A stretch of DNA of 64,000 nt from a virus: positions 32,001-96,000 of the IMG/VR virus record IMGVR_UViG_3300025237_000002; one strand, given 5' to 3'. This document shows positions 18,577 through 27,356 of this stretch, piece after piece. The notes below the pieces were generated by a model. The model made no database searches. It saw only the letters and a program-made list of their open reading frames with translations, and had not been told where the DNA came from. The stretch's first letter is position 1. Every line of letters begins with the position of its first letter. The translations under genes were made by a program, and so were the position numbers.

Positions 18577-19446
18577 ATGAAACACATCGTAAGAATTGCT
18601 CCGTCACCGACTGGACAATTACATATAGGAACATTAAGGACTGCGTATTTTAATTGGTTGATAGCCAATCAAAATCCCGACAGCACATTCATTGTGCGAA
18701 TCGATGACACAGATTTATCTCGTTCTCAAGATGACCTCATTCAACCAATATTTGATTCCTTAACCAGTTATGGTTTAAAATGGGATTTAACATTCAGACA
18801 ATCAAGTAGATTTAGTCGATACCAAGATTTGGCACAAGACTTAATCAACAGTGGTAAAGCTATTAGAAGTGATGGTGCCGTTATGTTAAATAATGTACAC
18901 GCATATAGTTTAGATGCTGATGATGCAGATTTAAAATGGACTGATACCATCACAGGACCTAAAACTAAGATATCACCAGATTTGGGTTTCTTAATAAGAA
19001 ACCAAGTGATTATCAAAAGTGATGGTTCGCCAACATATAATTTCGCAAGTGCGGTTGATGATATGGATTATGGTGTAACTTGGATTGTTAGAGGTACTGA
19101 CCATATAGTTAATACCTATAAGCAAGTAATCTTCTTTAACTTATTTGGAAAGCCATTACCATTATTTACACACGTAGGTTTGGTTTGTCATCCATCAGGA
19201 AAGAAGGTATCAAAGAGAGATAGTGATTCAATGGATTTATCACAATACATCCCTGATGCATTATTAAACTACGTATTACGACTTGGATGGTCACCAAGTC
19301 AAGACGACAAAACTAATAATATAATTCCAATGGACAAAGCAATTAACTTGTTTTTATCTGGTGGTAAAATGAGAGCACCTAACAGTAAATTAGATTTAAC
19401 TAAATTACAATGGTACAATAAAAAATACACAAATGGCAATAATTAA
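18577..19446 (+). CDS. glutamyl-tRNA synthetase catalytic domain only (GluQ-RS-like)
   Basis: RIAPSPTGQLHIG, RIDDTD, PTYNFASAVDD, RGTDH, KVSKR; 289 aa, no anticodon-binding domain. Confidence 0.88.
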   Translation: MKHIVRIAPSPTGQLHIGTLRTAYFNWLIANQNPDSTFIVRIDDTDLSRSQDDLIQPIFDSLTSYGLKWDLTFRQSSRFSRYQDLAQDLINSGKAIRSDGAVMLNNVHAYSLDADDADLKWTDTITGPKTKISPDLGFLIRNQVIIKSDGSPTYNFASAVDDMDYGVTWIVRGTDHIVNTYKQVIFFNLFGKPLPLFTHVGLVCHPSGKKVSKRDSDSMDLSQYIPDALLNYVLRLGWSPSQDDKTNNIIPMDKAINLFLSGGKMRAPNSKLDLTKLQWYNKKYTNGNN

Positions 19447-19792
19447 ATTTAACCTTGAAGCTAAACATCTAATCTTACTAAAGTTTTTAGATTGGGAACT
19501 CATCAAAGATGATAATAATAAACTAAGTACAGTAATTGAAGAAGGGGCAACAACACCATTTGGTGGAATTAGCTTGGTTGAAGATATTGGTGTTATGATT
19601 TTTGGTAAACCAGAGGGTGACTTTGACCCAATTAATGAATATGGAACTCAATACTCTGACGAACAAGAGCGTGAGATTGGAAGGTTATTTTCAGAATTAC
19701 CGATGGCATTGGAGATAGTTTTATTTCTTCAGACATTTGAAGTTGGGGTTTACAAAAGAAAGTGGAACCTTAAAAATTGGAAAAAGATATGA
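19433..19792 (+). CDS. hypothetical protein
   Basis: 119 aa, coupled. Confidence 0.65.
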   Translation: MAIIKFNLEAKHLILLKFLDWELIKDDNNKLSTVIEEGATTPFGGISLVEDIGVMIFGKPEGDFDPINEYGTQYSDEQEREIGRLFSELPMALEIVLFLQTFEVGVYKRKWNLKNWKKI

Positions 19793-19995
19793 AAATAAAT
19801 AATTGTATGAATTGTGGAACAGAGCAACAACTAGTAGATGTTGACGAGTTTTATTGTGAAAGATGTGGGGCTAATAATCGAGCTGATGGGTGGTGTGAAC
19901 AACCTGACCCACAAGAGTCTGAAAGACAACAAGATTTTTATGATAATGGACACGATTATAGAGACAAACAAGATTTTGAAAGAGGTAGAAATTAA
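19789..19995 (+). CDS. small zinc-ribbon protein
   Basis: CxxC...CxxC. Confidence 0.6.
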   Translation: MKINNCMNCGTEQQLVDVDEFYCERCGANNRADGWCEQPDPQESERQQDFYDNGHDYRDKQDFERGRN

Positions 19996-20010
19996 TTTTA
20001 AATAAGATAT

Positions 20011-20973
20011 ATGAAAATAGATTCAGTAATTATTAATTTGAACCAAAGCGATAGTCTTATCAATAAAGTCTATGAACGATTAGCTGCAATGAGACATAAA
20101 GTACCAATGGGTAAAGCCAACATTCAGGTATTTTCTGATGGTGAAACTTGCGTTGATTTCTCAACACCAGTTCGTGGTAAAAGAGTTTTCTTAGTGACAT
20201 CACCTAATTCACCTTTAAAACGTGAACAATTGAATTTTGCAATTGATGCTGCTAGAAGAGCAAGTGCGGTTGAAATAATTCCTATCTTACCATATTTTCC
20301 ATATGCTAGACAAGATAAACGTGACCAACGTAGAGGACCAATAGGTGCTAGGGTTTACGCTGATTCATTACAAGATGTTGGCGCAACGTCAATCATCACA
20401 TTTGATTTACATTCAGACCAAATAGAAGGTTTCTTCAAAATACCTGTAATTCATTTAAGAGGTAAGTATTTGTTCTGTGAATTTATACACGAAATTAGCG
20501 ATGTTAACACCGTTTTATGTTCACCCGATGCTGGTGGGTTAAAACGTGTTAAAAAGATTAGAGACCGTATATATGAGAAGTATGATAACAAAATGTCATT
20601 CGTTTCAATAGACAAAACTAGAACACAAGCCAATAAGACTGATAGTGTTGAAATATTAGGTGAGGTTAAAGGTAAAAATGTTATCATGATTGATGATATG
20701 TGTGATACTGGTGGTACTTTGATTAAGGGTGCTGAGGCTTTGATAAACGCTGGGGCAACTTCAGTAAAAGTACTAGTAACTCACGCAATATTAAGTGGTG
20801 ACGCAAGTCTTAACTTGGGTGCATCAATAATAGAACAATTTATATGTTCAGATTCACTTACCCATAGGGGTGTAGGTTCTGATATGGACGGAAAAATGAA
20901 AGTAATATCAACTGCAACTGACTTAGCAAATGCTATTGTTAGTATCAATGTTGATGGAAGTATAAACCGATAA
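20011..20973 (+). CDS. prs: ribose-phosphate pyrophosphokinase (Prs family; could be ADPR-PP synthetase)
   Basis: FSDGE, PYFPYARQDKR, DLH, SPDAGG, DDMCDTGGT, TH. Confidence 0.92.
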   Translation: MKIDSVIINLNQSDSLINKVYERLAAMRHKVPMGKANIQVFSDGETCVDFSTPVRGKRVFLVTSPNSPLKREQLNFAIDAARRASAVEIIPILPYFPYARQDKRDQRRGPIGARVYADSLQDVGATSIITFDLHSDQIEGFFKIPVIHLRGKYLFCEFIHEISDVNTVLCSPDAGGLKRVKKIRDRIYEKYDNKMSFVSIDKTRTQANKTDSVEILGEVKGKNVIMIDDMCDTGGTLIKGAEALINAGATSVKVLVTHAILSGDASLNLGASIIEQFICSDSLTHRGVGSDMDGKMKVISTATDLANAIVSINVDGSINR

Positions 20974-20976
20974 AAT

Positions 20977-21168
20977 ATGATGTGGAAAATACCAAAAATG
21001 TGGAGGTGGAGAATAAATAAAATTTGGACAGATTTTTGGTATAATTATCATCCAGACCCAAATCCAAAATATGGTGGAAGAAGCCGTAGTTATTATACTT
21101 TTAGAGAATCAAGACTTGCATTAGTGATAGCAATAATAACAATGGTAATAATAATATTTACACTATGA
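20977..21168 (+). CDS. small membrane protein
   Basis: C-terminal hydrophobic helix. Confidence 0.5.
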   Translation: MMWKIPKMWRWRINKIWTDFWYNYHPDPNPKYGGRSRSYYTFRESRLALVIAIITMVIIIFTL

Positions 21169-21377
21169 AAACATTTAATTTAAGAATTTTATTCCCATCA
21201 TCGAATAAGTATAAAACTGGTAAGTCATACACTGAGAGCATTTATGCTACGAATGTGCGTTATCATGACACACATTTAGAATTTTGGGATAACGAATCAC
21301 AATGTGTAATAGCTTCATACCCATCACAATATACTATTATAGAAAGTATTGAAGATGATGATATGGACACAAATTAA
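21165..21377 (+). CDS. hypothetical protein
   Basis: 70 aa, coupled. Confidence 0.6.
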   Translation: MKTFNLRILFPSSNKYKTGKSYTESIYATNVRYHDTHLEFWDNESQCVIASYPSQYTIIESIEDDDMDTN

Positions 21378-21382
21378 ACGAT

Positions 21383-21619
21383 ATGGAAGTACATGAATTG
21401 ATTGCAAAATTACAAAAATGTGACCCTCACGCAACGGTCATAAGAACATCATCTAATTTTGAATTGAATGGTGCTAGTGTTAAAGCTAGTGGTGTTCATG
21501 AAAGTAAAACTGGTGAGAAGCGTCAAACGAATTGTCGTGATGCTTTTGATGGTACAGAATACACTACCGAAACTTGGAGTACCTTTGGTGGCGAAGAATC
21601 GATAATTTCAATAAGTTAA
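21383..21619 (+). CDS. hypothetical protein
   Basis: M.V.ELI.KLQ..DP.A.V phage-type start. Confidence 0.65.
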   Translation: MEVHELIAKLQKCDPHATVIRTSSNFELNGASVKASGVHESKTGEKRQTNCRDAFDGTEYTTETWSTFGGEESIISIS

Positions 21620-21640
21620 CAGTAAAATTAGTACAAACAA

Positions 21641-22642
21641 ATGAGTAGGAGAAATAAATTAATACAAGAATTAGAATTCTCTATTAGAAAAGCTAGGGGT
21701 AACCCACATCTTTCAAAGCTGCAATTAGATATGATTGATGTATCTGAAAAAGTATTAAACAATTATAAAGGAATTGAAGCTATTGAAGCTGAACTTGTGC
21801 AGAAAAAAATGGCTAAAAAATTTGGAGTACAGAAAACAAACAAACAAATGAATAATTTAATAGGTGTTAGTGGTAAAATAAAGGATGGAAAAGACCTTGT
21901 AGGAGAAATGCTTCTATATATAGGTGATAATGTTGGTGAGCCAACATACGAAGGGTTTGAACTGTATGTTAATTTGGACCCAAGATATACAATTAAGAAG
22001 TGTGCGGATAAACTTAAAGATGCCATATGTGTGATATTAGGATGCACAAGAGCACAGCTTGAAGATAGAGATTATAAGGAAAAGGAATTGAGTGAAGAAT
22101 GGTGGTGCTACCAATTAGGTGATGGTACGCTACTACCAAGAGGGTACTACCCCAATAAACCCGATAATGATATGTGTGAAGAACGATATCTAGTTAAATT
22201 AACACCTAGAAAAATACTACAAATATTTGGTACTCAAGGTGGTAGAATGGTAGTTCATCCTAACATATGGGTCAACGCATTATTTGCTGATTATAATTCT
22301 TATTCGGCTAGAGGTAGTGAATATGAATTTGAGAAATCACATTGGATTATAACGGATATTAGGTTTCCAGAGAATGAAGGTAAAGCCGTATCAAGTAGAG
22401 GTGGTTTGCTGATTGGAATTAAGAGATTATTTAATTTAAGATTTCCAGAATATACAGAATTAAACGATGCGGAGGGTTATGATATCCCTGAAGAATTGGG
22501 GGTAGTTAATCCTGAGTTATATAAAAACTTAATGCATGAATCAGAAACTTCAATGGGTGACCATAGTTGGTGTGATGTAATTATTGAAAATAATGGAACT
22601 ATTGAAGAATTATTTAATAACGTTTTAAAAGCAGTACAATGA
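21641..22642 (+). CDS. deoxynucleoside monophosphate kinase (T4 gp1-like) with N-terminal extension
   Basis: IGVSGKIKDGKD, ADKLK, TPRKILQIFGT, IITDIRFPENE, HESE, IENNGT; internal ATG 21848. Confidence 0.85.
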   Translation: MSRRNKLIQELEFSIRKARGNPHLSKLQLDMIDVSEKVLNNYKGIEAIEAELVQKKMAKKFGVQKTNKQMNNLIGVSGKIKDGKDLVGEMLLYIGDNVGEPTYEGFELYVNLDPRYTIKKCADKLKDAICVILGCTRAQLEDRDYKEKELSEEWWCYQLGDGTLLPRGYYPNKPDNDMCEERYLVKLTPRKILQIFGTQGGRMVVHPNIWVNALFADYNSYSARGSEYEFEKSHWIITDIRFPENEGKAVSSRGGLLIGIKRLFNLRFPEYTELNDAEGYDIPEELGVVNPELYKNLMHESETSMGDHSWCDVIIENNGTIEELFNNVLKAVQ

Positions 22643-22854
22643 TAGACATGAAACCATTTCCATATGTATTACCTTTAGATAAACATACTGACTTTGAAAA
22701 ATATATTATTTTAGAACAAATTAAAGTTTTAGAGCCATTAGGTTTTACTGAATTAGAAATGTTAGATGGATTTAGTGGATTATCAGATGTTTATACGTTT
22801 GAACAATTAAAAGAACTTTGTAAAGATTGGAATAAATGGGAAAAAGAATTATAG
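22639..22854 (+). CDS. hypothetical protein
   Basis: 71 aa, coupled. Confidence 0.6.
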   Translation: MIDMKPFPYVLPLDKHTDFEKYIILEQIKVLEPLGFTELEMLDGFSGLSDVYTFEQLKELCKDWNKWEKEL

Positions 22855-24081
22855 TAATAGGTGGTGGGACATTTGAACCCATCAGGAATCATTTAAGTTT
22901 ATGCGCACCAGCATTTGGTGTTACAGCTAGACATATACATAAACGTTTAGAGGGTGCTGAATTACACTTGACTAAGATGTGTGATTGGCGTTCACCGTTG
23001 GTGACCAATGATGACGTTGAAGAGTTTATTGATGAATTAATTGAAGATAAAACCGTTGGATGAATTAATTGAAGATAAAACCGTTGGAACTATCGTAATG
23101 AATGTAGCTTTATGTGATTTTAAAGCGTTACCGATTGATGAGAATGAGAATGGGTGGCATGGTAAACGTTTAAAGACATCTGAGGGTGATTTAACGATTA
23201 CTTTAACCCCAACTGATAAAATCATAAGTAAGATTAGAAAGGCACGCCCTGACATCTTCCTTGTAGGTTTTAAGACAACAACCAATGAAACGTCAAACGA
23301 CCAATTTCTTATTGCGTTGAAGATGATGAAGTCATCCAAATGTAACTTGGTGTTGGCAAATGATACGGTTACTAGAAACAATATGATTATCACTCCAGAA
23401 GAAACTATCTATGGTGAAACTGTTCTTAGATATTCAGTAATTGAAGAGTTGTGTGAGATGATTGAAATGAGGCAGAGTCTTACGTATCATAGAGGTGAGT
23501 TTATTGTAGGTAAAGATATTCCATTTGAAAATGCACCTGAAAACTTTAAAGAGGTTATGGGATTTTTACTTGATAATGGTGGTTATATAGAGAATAATGG
23601 CAATGGGTTCACACCAGGTCATTTTTGCTATAGAAGTGATGTATTTGAATCCAATGATTTTATATCTTCACAAAGACTTGTCAATCATAATGATGTGAGA
23701 GAAAATGGGATGACCTATGTAACAACTGCTGGAATGTGTAAATCTTTCACGTATTTAGGAAGTAAAAAAGCTTCAGTTGGTGCTAGAAGTCAAGCGTTAT
23801 TACTTAGTGAGAATCCAGAGTATGACTTTATTGTACACACTCACAACCCATTAAAGAAAGATAGTTTAATCCCTATAACACCACAGAAACCATTTCAATG
23901 CGGTTCTATAGAATGTGGTGTAAACACATTGAATCATTTAGGTGATTTCAACGATAGAAATATCAAAGCTGTGTTCCTAGAAAAGCATGGTATTAATATG
24001 TTGTTTAAGAAAACAACAAAATCTGAGGACGTAATAGAATTCCTCAAAAATAATATAGAATTAGGAGTGAAAATACGGTAA
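22836..24081 (+). pseudogene. CoaB/DFP-like ligase domain fused to class II aldolase-like domain, split by a 28-bp duplication
   Basis: GGGTFEPIR, ALCDF, LVGFK, LVLAND (CoaB); IVHTHNP...HG (aldolase II); removing one repeat copy gives a single 405-aa ORF. Confidence 0.75.
23031..23088 (+). repeat. exact 28-bp tandem duplication causing frameshift
   Basis: GATGAATTAATTGAAGATAAAACCGTTG x2 plus GA. Confidence 0.95.
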
Positions 24082-24239
24082 CATGAGTGAGTTTACAAGA
24101 GAAGAATATCAGAATCATTATGATAATATTACAGATGAAATTAAAGCATTAAATAAGAAAAAAAAAGTGTGGGTTGACCACGTTGAATCTAAAGGTTTTG
24201 ATTTAATAAAAGGTGAATTTGTGAAGCAAAAAAAGTGAT

Positions 24240-24512
24240 ATGGATAAAATAGAAACAGATTTTTATAAGAAATATGTGGGTAATTACGCTAAGAGATTTT
24301 ACACTCCATTTAAAGAAGAAAACATATTAAAAATAGTTGGATTTAAAATGGATAAAGGTGAAGCATTTATTGAAGTTGAGCAAGAAGGAAATAAATGGTT
24401 CTGGGATATGGACGATAGTGTTATCATAACAAATGAGCCATTAGAAGAAGATATCGACAGGGTTGCAAATGTCAAACATTTGCAATATAATGGTTGGAAT
24501 CCATTTCAATAA
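24240..24512 (+). CDS. hypothetical protein
   Basis: 90 aa ORF. Confidence 0.65.
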   Translation: MDKIETDFYKKYVGNYAKRFYTPFKEENILKIVGFKMDKGEAFIEVEQEGNKWFWDMDDSVIITNEPLEEDIDRVANVKHLQYNGWNPFQ

Positions 24513-24558
24513 AAATGATAAAAACCTTGATTTTAATGGTCTTTTACTAGATTTTTTG

Positions 24559-24573
24559 ATATTTATAGTATAG
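24559..24573 (+). promoter_or_regulatory. putative phage-specific promoter motif ATATTTATAGTATAG
   Basis: identical 15-mer at 26930; both intergenic, 25-30 bp before an ATG. Confidence 0.5.
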
Positions 24574-24603
24574 GGAATTAACAACAAAAACAGTTTTAAA
24601 TAT

Positions 24604-24873
24604 ATGAAATTATTAGTCATTATGGATAGCGATGGGCACTTCAAAGTCGCACATCCAACCGATAGGAAAGCAACAGTTAAATTATTACAAGACATCAGCG
24701 ATGGTGATTACTATCACGATATCGTTGGTAGCTATGATGATATCGAATATGTTGATATGTGTTGTAAAGATTGGAACGATTTCATAAGTGAATTCATTCA
24801 AAGAGGTACGTTAGAATATGTTGAAATATCTGATACTGTACCAGTTGGATGTAAATGTGAAAAAACATCATAA
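24604..24873 (+). CDS. hypothetical protein
   Basis: 89 aa, own upstream motif. Confidence 0.65.
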   Translation: MKLLVIMDSDGHFKVAHPTDRKATVKLLQDISDGDYYHDIVGSYDDIEYVDMCCKDWNDFISEFIQRGTLEYVEISDTVPVGCKCEKTS

Positions 24874-24944
24874 TAAATTAGATTTAACCAAAAAATAATC
24901 GTAAATTTACATTTACTTTAACAAAAAAAATACTATATTAAGAT

Positions 24945-25487
24945 ATGAATAAAAATGAAATTACAAAAGTTTCTGTCTTCGACTTTGACGGAACTTTAAT
25001 AGATACTACAATGCCTGAAATTGGTAAAGAGATGTGGAAAAAAGCCACTGGCGAAGACTTCCCTCACAAAGGGTGGTGGTCTAAGCGAGAGTCTTTAGAT
25101 ATTAACATTTATCCTAACAATGTCTTTGATGATATCCTAGCAGAATTCAACAAAGCCAAAGGTAATGCAAATACGTTTGTTGCCTTATGTACAGGTAGAA
25201 TTACACCATTAACAAATCAAGTAAAAGCCATCTTAGATAAACATAATTTGGTATTTGATGATGTTGTATTGACTGGTGATAAAAGGTTTAACAATGGTGC
25301 TAGTGATACATTAACATTTAAAATAAATTATTTATCATCTTTGCAAGACCAATTCCCTAATTTAGAGATGATTGAGTTCTTTGATGATAGAGACCATCAC
25401 CAAGCGACATTCCAACAATGGGGTAAGTTGCAACCAATACCAGTACATATTCATCACGTTCAACGTGATAGTGATAGCAGTCATTAA
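24945..25487 (+). CDS. HAD phosphatase (Swiss-Army-Knife RNA-repair-like HAD)
   Basis: VFDFDGTL, WW, LCTGR, K, FFDDR. Confidence 0.8.
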   Translation: MNKNEITKVSVFDFDGTLIDTTMPEIGKEMWKKATGEDFPHKGWWSKRESLDINIYPNNVFDDILAEFNKAKGNANTFVALCTGRITPLTNQVKAILDKHNLVFDDVVLTGDKRFNNGASDTLTFKINYLSSLQDQFPNLEMIEFFDDRDHHQATFQQWGKLQPIPVHIHHVQRDSDSSH

Positions 25488-25549
25488 TCAGTACGTAAGT
25501 ACACCATTAATCAGTACGTAAGTACACCATTAATCAGTGCGTTAGCACA
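25482..25549 (+). repeat. three 23-bp tandem units, each with a 4-bp hairpin, upstream of the sigma gene
   Basis: CATTAATCAGTACGTAAGTACAC x2 plus CATTAATCAGTGCGTTAGCACA. Confidence 0.9.
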
Positions 25550-25576
25550 TCCCCAAATCAAAGAAAAAATAAACAA

Positions 25577-26434
25577 ATGAAACAATTTAAAATTCAATCG
25601 ACTATTACTAGTCGAGGTACCAATGCATTAAAAGCTTATTTTAATGATATCAAGCAAATCAAAATACTAACATCAGAAGAAGAATACGAAATTGCTTACC
25701 TAGCTCATGAAGGTGATGAAAAAGCTAGGCAAGACCTTGTAAGACATAACCTACGTTTCGTAGTATCTGTTGCAAAACAATACGAAACATCAACCCTAAA
25801 ACTTGAGGATTTAATCAATGAAGGTAATGTTGGTTTAGTGATTGCATCAACGAAATTCGACCCTTCAAGAGGTTTTAAGTTTCTATCATACGCTGTATGG
25901 TGGATTAGACGTTATATCTTAGCTTACATATCTGATAACGGTAAAACTATCAGAATTCCTAACAACAAAATCAACATCATTACTAAACTTAAAAGTAAGT
26001 ATGTTGCGTTAGAACAAAGGTTACAACGTGAACCAAGCTATAACGAACTTGTAGAGTACGTTAGCCCTGATTTTAACGAAGATGAAGTACATTACTTTTT
26101 TATGTCAAGAGATAATTACACCTCATCATTAGATGCACAAGTTGGACATGATGACTTTGGTAGCAATACTTTAGCTGATACAATTGAAGATAATACTGTA
26201 ATTAAGACTTCACACTATGTAGACGAACTAGATAGTGAATATAGAAAAAATACGATGCTAAACCTATTGGATAAAGACATTGAAAGAGAAGTTATTAGGT
26301 TAGCGTTTGGTTTAGATGGTCAATCACCATTACCATTAAAAACCATTGCGTTCTTATTAGGAGTTACTAGTGAGAGAGTTAGACAAGTTAAAGAAATATC
26401 TTTAAGACAATTAAAAATAAAACTAAGTAATTAG
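25577..26434 (+). CDS. RNA polymerase sigma70 factor (RpoD/RpoS-like, lacking region 1.1)
   Basis: LVRHNLRFVVSVAKQY, DLINEGNVGL, KFDPSRGFKFLSYAVWWIR, ERVRQ. Confidence 0.95.
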   Translation: MKQFKIQSTITSRGTNALKAYFNDIKQIKILTSEEEYEIAYLAHEGDEKARQDLVRHNLRFVVSVAKQYETSTLKLEDLINEGNVGLVIASTKFDPSRGFKFLSYAVWWIRRYILAYISDNGKTIRIPNNKINIITKLKSKYVALEQRLQREPSYNELVEYVSPDFNEDEVHYFFMSRDNYTSSLDAQVGHDDFGSNTLADTIEDNTVIKTSHYVDELDSEYRKNTMLNLLDKDIEREVIRLAFGLDGQSPLPLKTIAFLLGVTSERVRQVKEISLRQLKIKLSN

Positions 26435-26469
26435 TATATCTCAATAAATTTTATTATCTTTGTCCCTAT

Positions 26470-26901
26470 ATGAAAGAACTACTTAAATATAGGGACAATT
26501 CTTATTTTAACGATACTGACTACTTCTTAGCGGATAGTGGGCTTAGCTCGTTTTACCTAACTACTTTAGAATTATATAAAAGTAATTGGTATCCTAAAGA
26601 ACATATGGCTTTTAGTGGTGGAACTCTATACCCTAATGGTTATTGGTATCCGTCAAATCGATGGTATAATAACGGTTGTACCCAAGTTAATATGGCAACC
26701 ACAAGAACGTTAAATTGTAATGAACTTCTTGGAAGAGAGGTTGAATATAAGGGTACTGGAATAAAAGGTACTATCACTAAATTCTTATTACATAACATGG
26801 GTGTTAATTGGTATCAAGGTCAAGGCGACCTTAAGCGGAAGTTTGGTATGCCTACTTTCTGGAATGAACCAAAGTATTTAGAATTAACACAAAATTTCTG
26901 A
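26470..26901 (+). CDS. hypothetical protein
   Basis: follows promoter at 26455. Confidence 0.65.
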   Translation: MKELLKYRDNSYFNDTDYFLADSGLSSFYLTTLELYKSNWYPKEHMAFSGGTLYPNGYWYPSNRWYNNGCTQVNMATTRTLNCNELLGREVEYKGTGIKGTITKFLLHNMGVNWYQGQGDLKRKFGMPTFWNEPKYLELTQNF

Positions 26902-26929
26902 TTTTATAAGCTTTTTCTCGCTTTTTTTC

Positions 26930-26944
26930 ATATTTATAGTATAG
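26930..26944 (+). promoter_or_regulatory. putative phage-specific promoter motif ATATTTATAGTATAG
   Basis: identical to 24559-24573. Confidence 0.5.
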
Positions 26945-26969
26945 ACTCAATGAGTTAAAAGTTATAAAA

Positions 26970-27356
26970 ATGAAAAAAAACGAGATAAAGAAAGTATTAC
27001 GAGAAAATACAATAGGTCTGGAAGAAAAATCAGCACCTAATAGACATATTAACCACGCCATTAGCACTAAAACTAATGACGATGCTCAATCAGATAATGA
27101 ATATGAGAAAATAGTTAAGTTATTAGATAATGACTTGATTAACCACGCTGCAATTGGGCGTAGAATGAAAGGTGATGAATGGGGAGGTAATAGTGAAGCT
27201 ACTAATAGGTCCAAATTCAGAAAGAAAGTTAAGAGAATGCAAAATGATGAAGGTGGTACATACCACTTTGATGAAGATGAATTATCACAAGTCCAAAAGA
27301 TTCTGATGAACTTTTCTTCAACCATAAGTCATTCAATAGGTAGAGAAGGGAAATAA
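26970..27356 (+). CDS. hypothetical protein
   Basis: 128 aa; N-terminal IKKVLRE leader. Confidence 0.7.
   Translation: MKKNEIKKVLRENTIGLEEKSAPNRHINHAISTKTNDDAQSDNEYEKIVKLLDNDLINHAAIGRRMKGDEWGGNSEATNRSKFRKKVKRMQNDEGGTYHFDEDELSQVQKILMNFSSTISHSIGREGK

Noticed and set aside
23041-24081. Independent 346-aa gene or programmed ribosomal frameshift
   Set aside because: Its start is created by the 28-bp duplication; it is the 3' part of the gene beginning at 22836 and no slippery site is needed
25482-25549. CRISPR mini-array
   Set aside because: Repeats are directly adjacent with no unique spacers, and no cas genes are present
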